Assembly (NCBI GenBank): GCA_965225815.1
Contig: CBDDBP010000007.1
Location: 426,496 to 490,495, forward strand
Origin: Dehalococcoidia bacterium
Lineage (GTDB): Bacteria; Chloroflexota; Dehalococcoidia; DSTF01; WHTK01
Direction of reading: 5' to 3'
DNA length: 64,000 nucleotides
The notes beneath the pieces were generated by a model. The model did no database searches. It worked only from the letters and a program-made list of their open reading frames with translations, and was not told the DNA's origin. Below are positions 54,241 through 63,729 of the stretch, one piece after another (the first letter of the stretch is position 1; every line of letters begins with the position of its first letter). The position numbers and the translations under genes were made by a program.

Positions 54241-55638
54241 GTGGCAGCCAAACCAAAGACACTAGGTGAGTTGCGCAGGTCCGGTTACAAAGTCCAGACC
54301 GTCAAGCAAGAGATGCGCCGCAACCTGATTCAGAAAATGCGGAAGAGCGAGGATATTTTCCCCGGAATCTTCGGCTTCGAAGAGACCGTGGTCCCTCAGC
54401 TGCAGAACGCGATCCTTTCGGGACAGGACATCATCTTTCTTGGCGAGCGGGGCCAGGCCAAGTCGCGCATCATTCGCTCGCTGGTCAACCTTCTAGACGA
54501 CGAGCTCCCAATCGTGCAGGGAAGCGAGGTGAACGACGACCCGTTCAAGCCGCTATCGAAATACGCCCAGAACCTGGTTGCTGAGAAGGGCGACAAAACG
54601 CCTATCGAGTGGGCAGGGCGCGACCGTCGCTACGGCGAGAAGCTCGCGACGCCCGACATCACGATCGCCGACCTGATCGGCGAAGTCGACCCGATCCGGG
54701 TTGCCGAGGGCCGCTACTTGTCAGACGAGCTGACGATTCACTACGGTCTGATCCCGCGGACGAACCGCGGCATCTTCGCGATTAACGAGTTGCCGGACCT
54801 TGCCGAGCGCATTCAGGTCGGCCTCTTCAACATCATGGAAGAGCGCGACATCCAGATTCGCGGTTACCAGATTCGCCTTTCGCTGGACGTGCTCCTGGTC
54901 TCAAGTGCCAACCCGGAAGACTACACAAACCGTGGCCGGATCATCACGCCACTCAAAGACCGTTACGGGGTCCAGATTCGAACCCATTATCCGCGGGCCG
55001 TTGAGCATGAGATCGACATTATGGACCAGGAGCGCCTGGTCTTTGAGGACGACGAGTTCAAAGTCGTCGTTCCCACCTTCATGAAGGAAATCGTTGCGGA
55101 GGTCAGCCGACTGGCGCGGCGCAGCCCGGACATCAACCAGCGTTCCGGTGTCTCAGTTCGCGCCTCGATCGCGAACTACGAGAGCCTGCTGGCGAACGCC
55201 CAGCGACGCGCTATCGGTGTCGGCGAAACTGAAGTCGTGCCGCGTGTCAGCGACCTGCCGTTTGTCATACCGGCGATCGCGGGCAAGGTGGAGTTCGAGA
55301 CGGTAGAGGACGGCAAGGAAGAGCAAATACTGGAGAAGCTGATCCAGGGCGCCGTCCTCGCCGTGTTCAATCGCTACTACAGCGTTTCTGACTTCGATGA
55401 CCTGGTCACGCGCTTCAAGACCGGCATTTCGGTCGAAGTCGGTGACATGATGCCGTCGCAGAACTACGCCAAGCTTGTCAAGGAAGTCGAAGGACTAACG
55501 GACCACGTCAAGAAGCTCGAGGCCAAGCCCTCGACGCCGGTGACCGCATCGATTGTCGAGTTCATCCTGGAGGGACTCCACCTCAACAAGCGCCTCAACA
55601 AAGACAGGGTCGGTTCCACGGTCTCCTACAGAGGCTAG
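54241..55638 (+). CDS. ChlI/BchI-like (Mg-chelatase-type) AAA+ ATPase with a C-terminal extension
   Basis: Walker A FLGERGQAKS, sensor region RGIFAINELPDL, and …IRGYQIRLSLDVLLVSSANPED paralleling ChlI. 465 aa. GTG start with a GAGGGA ribosome-binding site. Confidence 0.7.
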   Translation: MAAKPKTLGELRRSGYKVQTVKQEMRRNLIQKMRKSEDIFPGIFGFEETVVPQLQNAILSGQDIIFLGERGQAKSRIIRSLVNLLDDELPIVQGSEVNDDPFKPLSKYAQNLVAEKGDKTPIEWAGRDRRYGEKLATPDITIADLIGEVDPIRVAEGRYLSDELTIHYGLIPRTNRGIFAINELPDLAERIQVGLFNIMEERDIQIRGYQIRLSLDVLLVSSANPEDYTNRGRIITPLKDRYGVQIRTHYPRAVEHEIDIMDQERLVFEDDEFKVVVPTFMKEIVAEVSRLARRSPDINQRSGVSVRASIANYESLLANAQRRAIGVGETEVVPRVSDLPFVIPAIAGKVEFETVEDGKEEQILEKLIQGAVLAVFNRYYSVSDFDDLVTRFKTGISVEVGDMMPSQNYAKLVKEVEGLTDHVKKLEAKPSTPVTASIVEFILEGLHLNKRLNKDRVGSTVSYRG

Positions 55639-55666
55639 GTATCGCTCCCCGGGTCAGGGGATTTCA

Positions 55667-57877
55667 ATGGTCATCAGATATCGCTACACCGAGTGGGACG
55701 GTACGCAAGAAATACCACCGCTCGCGCCGGACGATATCCTCAACGCCCTGACCGATGACCTGATGAACTTCGGCGACCTGCAGCATGCGTTGCGCAATCT
55801 GATGCAGCGTGGCATGCGCAATCAGCAAGGCGACCGCACTGAGGGTCTAAGGGACCTCCTGCAGCAACTGCGGCAGCAGCGTCGCCAGAACCTGGATCGC
55901 TTCGACCTCTCTTCCGCCTTTGAGGACATCCGTAACCGCCTCGGCGAGATCCTCAACAAGGAACGCAGCACGCTTGACGAGCGCCTCGGCGACGCGCTGG
56001 ACGACCAACAACAACCCGGCGGCGAGCCCGGAGACAGTTCTGAAGGCGCCGAGGGGTCAGACGGCGCCGAAGCGGGCGGCGAATCGCAAGAAGGCGAGTC
56101 CGGCCAGGAAGGCGGCCAGCAGCAGGGAGCGCGCTCGCAGCAGGATGGCGGCCAATCCGGTCAAGGACAGCGCGGCCAGGGTTCACAGAGCGGCCAGCAA
56201 AGCGGTGGCGACCAGGAGCAGTTCCAGCAGATGCTCCAGAACATCGTCGAACGCAAGCGCAGCTTCCTGGAAGGGCTGCCGCCGGACCTGCCCGGCCAGA
56301 TGAAAGAGCTTCAGAACTACGAGTTCATGGACCCGGAAGCTCAAGCCGAATATCAGGAACTCATGGACATGCTGAAGCAGGCGATGACCGAGACCTTCTT
56401 CAAGGATCTACAGCAGCAAATTGCCAACATGAGCCCGGAAGACATGGAGCGCATGAAGGAGATGATGCGCGACCTAAATCAGATGCTTCAGGAACGGATG
56501 CAGGGCGGCGAGCCTGACTTCGACTCCTTCATGCAGAAATACGGCGACCTCTTCGGCCCGAACCCGCCACAGAGCCTCGACGAGCTCGTAGAGCAAATGC
56601 AGCAGCAGATGGCGCAGATGCAGAACTTGCTCGAATCGCTGCCGTCGGAGATGCGCCAGCAACTCCAAGACCTCCTCACAGACAAGATCGCTGACCCTGG
56701 ACTGCGCGACGAGATGGCAGAACTGGCAGCGAACCTCGAATTCCTCAACCCGCAGCGAGACCTGCGGAATCAGTACCCGTTCCGCGGCGAAGAGGAGATC
56801 GACCTCTCCAAGGCGATGGACCTCATGGGTGACATGCAGGACCTCGACGAGCTGGAGCGCCAGCTTGAGCGGACCCAGTACGGTGGCGACATCGACGACA
56901 TCGATATGGAGAAGCTGCGCGAGCTCCTCGGCGATGAGGCGGCTGAGACGCTAGATGAGCTGAAGAAGTTCCTCGAAATCCTCGAAGATGCGGGCTACAT
57001 TCGCAAGCGTGGGAACTCCTGGGAGCTAACGCCGCGCGGTACCCGCAAGATCGGCCAGGCGGCGTTGGGAGAGATCTACGCCCAGCTCAAAAAAGAGCAG
57101 ATGGGCAAGCACAAGGTGGTCGACCCGGGTCAAGGCGTGGAGCGCAGCGACGATACGAAGGCGTACGAGTTCGGCGACCCGTTCCATCTGCATCTCGAGA
57201 AGACGATCATGAACGCAGTGCGCCGCGAAGGCGCCACGCTGCCAATACAGTTGCAGAAGGATGACTTCGAAGTCTGGAAGTCGGAGGAGCTGACTCAGAC
57301 GGCGACCGTGATGATGGTCGACCTGTCCTGGTCGATGGCCTTGCGGGGCAGCTTCCAGGCCGCGAAGAAGGTGGCTCTGGCGCTGCAAAACCTGATCAGC
57401 ACCCAGTTCGCGCGCGATTCCCTCTACATCATCGGTTTCTCGGCCTATGCCCGCGAACTCAAGGCTGACCAGTTGCCTTACGTACGCTGGGACGAATCCG
57501 TCCTTGGGACCAACATGCATCATGCGTTGATGATGGCCCAGAACTTGCTCGCGAAGCACAAGACGGGCACGCGTCAGATCATCATGATCTCGGACGGCGA
57601 GCCCACGGCGCACATCGAGCACGGCCGTTCCTTCTTCTCTTACCCGCCAAGCCCGATCACGATTCGCGAGACGCTCAAAGAGGTCAAGCGCTGCACCCAG
57701 AAGAAGATCACGATCAACACGTTCATGCTGGACCGCAACTACTACCTCAAAGAGTTCGTCAATCAGATGGCGAAGATGAACAAGGGCCGCGTCTTCTATA
57801 CGACGCCGGACCACCTTGGCGAGTACATCCTGGTCGACTACGTGCGCAACAAGCGCAAGAACGTCGCCGGTATCTGA
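55667..57877 (+). CDS. von Willebrand factor A (vWA/MIDAS) domain protein with a roughly 450-aa acidic, Gln/Glu/Gly-rich low-complexity region; partner of the ChlI-like ATPase
   Basis: C-terminal vWA domain with MIDAS DLSWSM…ISDGEPT. The middle section is highly biased (QQ runs, GGEPGDSSEGAEG…). Confidence 0.65.
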   Translation: MVIRYRYTEWDGTQEIPPLAPDDILNALTDDLMNFGDLQHALRNLMQRGMRNQQGDRTEGLRDLLQQLRQQRRQNLDRFDLSSAFEDIRNRLGEILNKERSTLDERLGDALDDQQQPGGEPGDSSEGAEGSDGAEAGGESQEGESGQEGGQQQGARSQQDGGQSGQGQRGQGSQSGQQSGGDQEQFQQMLQNIVERKRSFLEGLPPDLPGQMKELQNYEFMDPEAQAEYQELMDMLKQAMTETFFKDLQQQIANMSPEDMERMKEMMRDLNQMLQERMQGGEPDFDSFMQKYGDLFGPNPPQSLDELVEQMQQQMAQMQNLLESLPSEMRQQLQDLLTDKIADPGLRDEMAELAANLEFLNPQRDLRNQYPFRGEEEIDLSKAMDLMGDMQDLDELERQLERTQYGGDIDDIDMEKLRELLGDEAAETLDELKKFLEILEDAGYIRKRGNSWELTPRGTRKIGQAALGEIYAQLKKEQMGKHKVVDPGQGVERSDDTKAYEFGDPFHLHLEKTIMNAVRREGATLPIQLQKDDFEVWKSEELTQTATVMMVDLSWSMALRGSFQAAKKVALALQNLISTQFARDSLYIIGFSAYARELKADQLPYVRWDESVLGTNMHHALMMAQNLLAKHKTGTRQIIMISDGEPTAHIEHGRSFFSYPPSPITIRETLKEVKRCTQKKITINTFMLDRNYYLKEFVNQMAKMNKGRVFYTTPDHLGEYILVDYVRNKRKNVAGI

Positions 57878-57969
57878 GGCCAGTCCGTTCAATCCTCTTA
57901 CGGCATGCCTGCCGGCACTGCGGATTCGTCACGTCATAAAGATTCGATAGCGCCTGCTATATTCAGCGC

Positions 57970-58947
57970 ATGCTGAAGACACGTTTCACTGAAAAGTACG
58001 GCCTTCGCTACCCGATACTCGGCGCGCCGATGGCGAATCATAGCGGCGCCAACCTGGCCGCAGCCGCAACGAAGGCCGGCGGCCTCGGTTCATTCGGCGG
58101 CATCAGCGCCAACGGCCCGGATTGGGTACGCGATCAGATACAGGCAATACGAAGCCGAACGGACGGGCCGTTTTCTGTCGGATTTATCACGGCCTTCATT
58201 CCCGGGTTCGAAGCCAACTTCGAAGCCGCCCTCGAAGAGAAGGCACCATTGATGGTCCTCTCGTTCGGCGATCCTCGACCTTATGCTGCGCGGGCGAAGG
58301 CGGCAGGGGTGCCGATTGCCTGCCAGGTTCAGACCATGGAGGGGGCTCGCTGGGCGCTGGAGGCCGGAGCTGAATTCATCGTCGCGCAGGGTAACGAGGC
58401 CGGTGGTCACGCCGGTCTGCTGAACACCCTGCCATGTGTGTCAATGGTGTTGGAGATCGCCGGTGACACTCCTGTAATCGCGGCGGGTGGGATCGCGGAT
58501 GGGCGCTCGCTGGCCGCGGTTCTCGCAGCGGGAGCGGAGGGCGCGATGCTCGGTACGGCGCTGCTCGCTACGCCAGAGGCGAGCGAGGTGCCTGATGCGT
58601 TCAAGCAGCTCATTGTTGAAAGCGATGGCGAGGATACGGTGTTCACCGAGGTGTTCGACATTCTCGGCGGGCGGCCGTGGCCTGAGGGGATCGGCGAGCG
58701 GATGCGGCGCAACCGGACCAACCGGGAGTGGCAAGGAAGGGAGCGAGAACTGCGCGACAAGCGCGAAGAAGTCCAGGCCTCGTTGGCTGAGGGGCAGACG
58801 CGCAAGGACCCTGAGGTGACGCCTGTCCTCATGGGGCAGTCAGCAGCCTTCGTCGGCGCAGTACGGCCTACGGCCGAGGTGATCGTCTCGATCTGCGACG
58901 ACGCGGAGGCGGTGTTGAGGCGGCGAGCTCAACAACTCGGCCTTTGA
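57970..58947 (+). CDS. Nitronate monooxygenase (NMO/2-nitropropane dioxygenase, FMN TIM-barrel) family protein
   Basis: YPILGAPMAN…GGLG N-terminus and an FMN-binding Gly-rich region. Confidence 0.7.
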   Translation: MLKTRFTEKYGLRYPILGAPMANHSGANLAAAATKAGGLGSFGGISANGPDWVRDQIQAIRSRTDGPFSVGFITAFIPGFEANFEAALEEKAPLMVLSFGDPRPYAARAKAAGVPIACQVQTMEGARWALEAGAEFIVAQGNEAGGHAGLLNTLPCVSMVLEIAGDTPVIAAGGIADGRSLAAVLAAGAEGAMLGTALLATPEASEVPDAFKQLIVESDGEDTVFTEVFDILGGRPWPEGIGERMRRNRTNREWQGRERELRDKREEVQASLAEGQTRKDPEVTPVLMGQSAAFVGAVRPTAEVIVSICDDAEAVLRRRAQQLGL

Positions 58948-59010
58948 CGAATCAGCACTAGGGAAGCGCTTCTATTTCACACGAACTGATCCCATTCGTA
59001 GAATGGCGAT

Positions 59011-59723
59011 GTGAACTCGTTCGGGACCGCTGCCGCCCAATACAACCGTGTCGTCCTCGGTGTCTTGATGCTTCTGGCTGTGATGATCGCCGGGACCGCC
59101 GGCTACCTGATCATCGAGGACTACTCACTACTCGATTCTGCCTACATGGCCGCGAAAACGATAACGACGGTTGGCTACAGCGAGGTTCGGCCGCTCAGTG
59201 AGACGGGCAAGGTCTTCACCATCGGACTGTTCCTTGGCGTCGGCACAGCGTTCTATATCCTCACGGCGCTGGTTGCGGCGATAATCGAAGGCGACCTGCG
59301 CCAGGCTTTCGGCGCTCGCCGCATGAAACTAATGATTGAGCGTCTCCACGGCCATTACATCGTCTGCGGCTTCGCCGCGTTGCAGCCGCTTGTAACCGAC
59401 TTTATCGATATTCTGCCGAGCGCCGATCAGGGGAACCGAATCCTGGCCGAGATTACAGTAGCGGACGACTCCGAAGTCGCCGGCAGGCAGATCGGTGATG
59501 TCCTGGCGACGGGCGAGAACATGTGTTCCTTGCTGTGCGCGACCTCAGCGGCGGGCTGAACGTCGCTCCACCTTCCTCTCGCATGCTCGTGGCGGGCGAG
59601 ATCGCTACCGTCCTCGGCCCAGAAAAGGACCTTGAGAAGCTGGGCTTCGCAGGCGTTGGCCGTCGCGCCGTCGCGTCGCGGAAGGGTCGTTCTAGCCTGG
59701 GTCGCCTGTTTCGGCGTCCCTGA
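59011..59723 (+). pseudogene. Decayed RCK-regulated (MthK/TrkA-type) K+ channel: pore domain intact, RCK-N largely deleted, frameshift inside TrkA-C
   Basis: TM1, pore helix, TTVGYSE filter variant, TM2 and GHYIVCGF are followed after about 25 aa by TrkA-C-like sequence. A frame switch near 59516 gives …GEN|VFLAVRDLSGG…LVAGEIATVLGPEKDLEKL. Confidence 0.45.
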
Positions 59724-59862
59724 CGCCCCCATTTCCGTCGCCTATACTGTCGGAAAGCATCCCCGGCGATGACTCAAGCGCACAGCAGAATTTATCGGAA
59801 CTGCAGCACCTGGATTGAGGATTCGTCACCGCGACTAGGGTTGCCGGGATTGAGGAGCTGCC

Positions 59863-60222
59863 GTGGATCATCCAGAGGAATCTGACCTCAGGGCGCGTCT
59901 GGAAGCGCCACACGAACTGACGGACGCGGAGTCTTCGCAGCGTCGAAGGGCCGATGATACAGCCCCGATGTCCGAATTTATTGCCGCCGGTGCAGTGCTG
60001 GGTGGATTCGGGCTGCTCGTGCTCGGGTTCTTGCTTGCTTCAAGCACGGTGGCACTCCTGGGCGTTGGCGCAATGTTCGGCGTCACGGGCTTCTTCGCGT
60101 TTGCCAAGGGCTCCATCGCCCGGTCGTGGCGGCACGGCATGCAAAACTTCCATCTCCTCGGACGCAGGGAGCGGCACGCTGAACACGATGAAGCCGAAAG
60201 CGAGCGAAACAGGGCCGAATGA
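59863..60222 (+). CDS. Small hypothetical membrane protein (two TM helices)
   Basis: ORF with a hydrophobic core AAGAVLGGFGLLVLGFLL…FGVTGFFAF. Start uncertain (GTG 59863 or ATG 59968). Confidence 0.35.
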   Translation: MDHPEESDLRARLEAPHELTDAESSQRRRADDTAPMSEFIAAGAVLGGFGLLVLGFLLASSTVALLGVGAMFGVTGFFAFAKGSIARSWRHGMQNFHLLGRRERHAEHDEAESERNRAE

Positions 60223-60334
60223 AGTGGGTCGATACGGGCTTGGTCTCCGGTGCGGTGTTCGCCGGACTCTCTTGTGTCGTGCAGGTTTCCTTCAAGTCTG
60301 CGGTTCGCGCTCCCGAACCGCTAGAATCTGATCT

Positions 60335-61636
60335 ATGACGCAGCGATATCACATCTGGACCGAAGGCTGCCAGATGAACGTGGCCGACTCGGCCAAGCTG
60401 GCGGCCGGCCTCGATCGCTTCGGCTGGCAGGCGGTTGACGGGCCGGATGACGCGGACCTCGTCGTTCTGAACACCTGCGTCGTGCGCGAGCGCTCGGAGC
60501 AGCGGGCCGTGAGCCACCTCGGCCGGCTGGCCGCGATGAAGCGCAAGGGCAAGGCTGACTTCCAGATCGTCGTCATGGGCTGCATGGTCGGGCCGAAGGA
60601 CGATGAGCTGCGGCGCCGCTTCCCCTACGTCGATCACTTCGCGCGGCCGCAGGCCTTCGAGGGCATCTTCGAGACGCTTGGATTGGCAGATGACACGGGC
60701 GGCGAATTCTGGCCCACCGCCTTCCCGACCCCAACCGGCCCGACGGCTTACGTCCCGATCATCCACGGTTGTGACAAGTTCTGCACTTACTGCATCGTGC
60801 CGTTCCGACGCGGGCGCGAGCAGAGCCGCCCGTTGGACGAAATCGTGCAGGAAGTGGCGCATCTCGTACACGGCGGTGTGCGCGAAGTGACGCTGCTGGG
60901 GCAGACCGTCGAGGCTTATGGCCTCGACTTCCCGGACCAACAGCCCGATCTCGCCGACCTGATGACGGCGATTCACGACTTGCCGAACCTGGCTCGTATC
61001 CGGTTCCTCACGTCCTATCCCAAGAACATGACGCCGAAGATCGTCGAAGCTGTCCGTGACCTGCCAAAGGTTACGGAGTTCTTCAACATCCCGGTCCAAC
61101 ACGGCTCAGACGCCGTCCTCGATCGCATGCGCCGGGGATACGACATCGCCCTCTTTCGTCATCGGGTTGAGATGATTCGCTCGATGATGCCGGAAGCGGC
61201 GATAACCACTGACATCATCGTCGGGTTCTGCGGCGAGACGGAGTCTGAGTTTCAGGAGACGCTGCAGCTGCTGGAGGAGATCCGGTTCGAAAAAGTGCAC
61301 GTCGCCGCCTATTCGCCGCGTCCTGGTACGTTCGCCGAGCGCAAACTGGCCGACGACGTACCGCCCGAGGTGAAGAAGGAGCGTCTGCACGCCATCGAAG
61401 CGCTGGAAGAGCGCATCTCGACCGAAATCAATGAACGACTCGACGGCACCGATCAAGAGGTGCTGGTCGAAGGCAGACGCGAAGGTCGTTGGCATGGGCG
61501 GACTCGCGGCAACAAACTGGTCCACTTTGTCGGCGAAGCCAGCGTTGGTGACGTGGTGACGGTCCATATCGAGAAAGCGACGGCGTGGTCGCTGCAGGGC
61601 ACAACCGCGGATGACGCGCTGCCAATGGTGCTCTAG
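60335..61636 (+). CDS. miaB: tRNA-2-methylthio-N6-dimethylallyladenosine synthase MiaB (radical SAM methylthiotransferase)
   Basis: N-terminal MTTase Cys residues (TEGCQMN…NTC), radical-SAM CDKFCTYC, and a C-terminal TRAM domain. Confidence 0.8.
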   Translation: MTQRYHIWTEGCQMNVADSAKLAAGLDRFGWQAVDGPDDADLVVLNTCVVRERSEQRAVSHLGRLAAMKRKGKADFQIVVMGCMVGPKDDELRRRFPYVDHFARPQAFEGIFETLGLADDTGGEFWPTAFPTPTGPTAYVPIIHGCDKFCTYCIVPFRRGREQSRPLDEIVQEVAHLVHGGVREVTLLGQTVEAYGLDFPDQQPDLADLMTAIHDLPNLARIRFLTSYPKNMTPKIVEAVRDLPKVTEFFNIPVQHGSDAVLDRMRRGYDIALFRHRVEMIRSMMPEAAITTDIIVGFCGETESEFQETLQLLEEIRFEKVHVAAYSPRPGTFAERKLADDVPPEVKKERLHAIEALEERISTEINERLDGTDQEVLVEGRREGRWHGRTRGNKLVHFVGEASVGDVVTVHIEKATAWSLQGTTADDALPMVL

Positions 61637-61638
61637 AC

Positions 61639-62181
61639 ATGGCCGTGCGACTTGACGAAGGCGAGGCCGCGATTCGCGCCTACCTGGAGCTACACACGGC
61701 ACAGGGACAGGATCACGTCCTCGACCTCATCACCGAAGATAACAACCACATCCTGCGCCTGATCGGCGACCTCACGGAGAAGGAAGCTGAGACCGTTACG
61801 GACGTCGATGAATGGCGAGTCTTTGACGCGCTGCAACACATGAACTCCAGCCTCGACCGCAGCCGGGACCGTTTGCAGAAATTGTCCACGGGACAGGCCT
61901 TTGTTCCGCCGGCGACCGGCGTGACATCCGGCGGCGTCGGCTCTGCCGAGTACGCATCGTTCAGCGACTTGCGGCGCCCCTACATCGACGGCATGGCCGA
62001 CATCCTCTCTGTGATACGCGCCGTGGACCCATCTCAAGGCTTCGAAGTGGCGGCGGATCACGGGCAATACGGGCCGTTCAACTGGATGGAAGGGGCGTTG
62101 TACTCGCACCACGTTCACATGCACGACCACGTGGTCAGATCGAAGCGATACGAAACGCGCTTCGCGGCGCCTGACGGATGA
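61639..62181 (+). CDS. DinB/YfiT-like (DUF664) putative metalloenzyme
   Basis: His-rich four-helix bundle hallmarks (HHVHMHDH). Confidence 0.5.
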   Translation: MAVRLDEGEAAIRAYLELHTAQGQDHVLDLITEDNNHILRLIGDLTEKEAETVTDVDEWRVFDALQHMNSSLDRSRDRLQKLSTGQAFVPPATGVTSGGVGSAEYASFSDLRRPYIDGMADILSVIRAVDPSQGFEVAADHGQYGPFNWMEGALYSHHVHMHDHVVRSKRYETRFAAPDG

Positions 62182-62636
62182 CGCCGGAAGAGCGCGCCCT
62201 GTTGATCAAGCGATACCAGGACGGCTGCGTCGCGTTCGGCGCGGTACTCGATGCGGTCCCGGAAGCAGGGCTGGACTTGGCTCCCGCCGGTGAATGGTCG
62301 TCACGCCAGATCGCCCACCACGTCGCGGATACTGAGCTGGTGCGGGGCTATCGCCTGCGTCAGCTTCTGGCGCAAGACGGACCACTGATTCAGGGCTTCG
62401 ATGAGGCACAATTCGCGACTCGGCTGCACTACTACCGGCCCCTGAGCGGGTCATTGGCGCTGTTCAGGGCCGCGGTTGAATCGAACGTGGAGTTGCTGAC
62501 GCTCGTCTTCCCCGAGGACTGGTCGAGGTCTGGCCACCACGACGAGTTTGGCGACTACACGCTGGAGGATTGGCTCCAGAGCGCGGCGAACCACTGCTTC
62601 GAGCACGCTGAGCAGCTGGCGAAGCTCTCGAAGTAG
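62178..62636 (+). CDS. DinB_2/DUF664 family protein (mycothiol maleylpyruvate isomerase N-terminal-like)
   Basis: HHVADTE…EHAEQL conserved His/Glu pattern. ATGA overlap with the upstream gene. Confidence 0.55.
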   Translation: MTPEERALLIKRYQDGCVAFGAVLDAVPEAGLDLAPAGEWSSRQIAHHVADTELVRGYRLRQLLAQDGPLIQGFDEAQFATRLHYYRPLSGSLALFRAAVESNVELLTLVFPEDWSRSGHHDEFGDYTLEDWLQSAANHCFEHAEQLAKLSK

Positions 62637-62638
62637 TC

Positions 62639-63067
62639 ATGGCAGCGGCTGATACATCTTTCCGAGATGCCAGGCCTGAGGAAGAGGAGTCTGTGCGTGA
62701 GCTTTGGGATGCAGCGTACGTGGATTCGGGCCGCAGCCACTTCGACGATATCCCGGCGCTTCTCTCCCACGGCCCAATGGCGCGCCTCCTCCTCGTAGAG
62801 GCCGATGGCCGCCTCGTAGGCAGCCTGATCGTCACATTTGACGGCTGGCGCGGCAACATGTATCGCATCGCCGTGCATCCCGACTTCCAGCGCCTCGGCA
62901 TCGCCCACCGACTCGTCGATGACGCCCATACCTGGCTACGCGGCCTGGGTTGCCGTCGTATCACGGCCCTCGTCGAAGGGGACCATGATTACGCGACTTC
63001 TTTCTGGAACTCGCCGGGCTACAGCCACAACGCCGGGATGCGGCGCTACTCGAAAGACATCGAGTAA
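62639..63067 (+). CDS. GNAT-family N-acetyltransferase
   Basis: Acetyl-CoA binding motif RIAVHPDFQRLGIAHRLV. Confidence 0.7.
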   Translation: MAAADTSFRDARPEEEESVRELWDAAYVDSGRSHFDDIPALLSHGPMARLLLVEADGRLVGSLIVTFDGWRGNMYRIAVHPDFQRLGIAHRLVDDAHTWLRGLGCRRITALVEGDHDYATSFWNSPGYSHNAGMRRYSKDIE

Positions 63068-63102
63068 TCTGACGTCCCGACCGCCTTTGCTACTATCACC
63101 TC

Positions 63103-63729
63103 ATGGGTGTAGCAGTACTCGTCGTAATTCTCACCGTCAGCGGCGGACGGTTGCGGGTGCTTTTGATTCATCGCAGCGGGCAGCCGCACCAGGGTATGTG
63201 GGCGCTGCCCGGCGGTATCCCCGTCGCCGACGAGTCGCTGGCCGACGCCGCATCGCGCAAGCTGCGCGAGGAAACCGGTGTGAGCGACGTCTACCTGGAG
63301 CAGCTGTTTAGCTTCGACGGCCTGGACGGCGACACGGGACGGGTCGCCGTCTCGTACTTCGCGCTGGTCGACTCCCGCAGCGTTCGCCTGCGCGAGGAGG
63401 CGCAGTGGGAGCCGCGCTGGTTCGAGCTGGATGAGCTGCCCGACCTGGCCTTTAACAACTCGAGCGTCATCGACACGGCGATGACGCGGCTTCGGAGCAA
63501 GCTGGAGTACACGAACGTGGCCTACAGCCTGATGCCGCGCGAGTTCACGCTGCGAGACCTCCAGGCCGTCTACGAATCGATTTACGGTCGCAGCTTCGAC
63601 AAGCGAAACTTCCGCCGCCGCATGATCTCGCAGGGACTGATTCGTCCGACAGGGCACACGGACGCGGGTGGCGCTCACCGCCCTGCCGAGCTTTTCGAGT
63701 TCACGTCGCGTCAGCCGATGGCGTTCTAG
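63103..63729 (+). CDS. NrtR-like Nudix hydrolase domain plus C-terminal winged-helix regulator
   Basis: Nudix box LREETGV and a C-terminal wHTH region typical of NrtR. Confidence 0.65.
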   Translation: MGVAVLVVILTVSGGRLRVLLIHRSGQPHQGMWALPGGIPVADESLADAASRKLREETGVSDVYLEQLFSFDGLDGDTGRVAVSYFALVDSRSVRLREEAQWEPRWFELDELPDLAFNNSSVIDTAMTRLRSKLEYTNVAYSLMPREFTLRDLQAVYESIYGRSFDKRNFRRRMISQGLIRPTGHTDAGGAHRPAELFEFTSRQPMAF

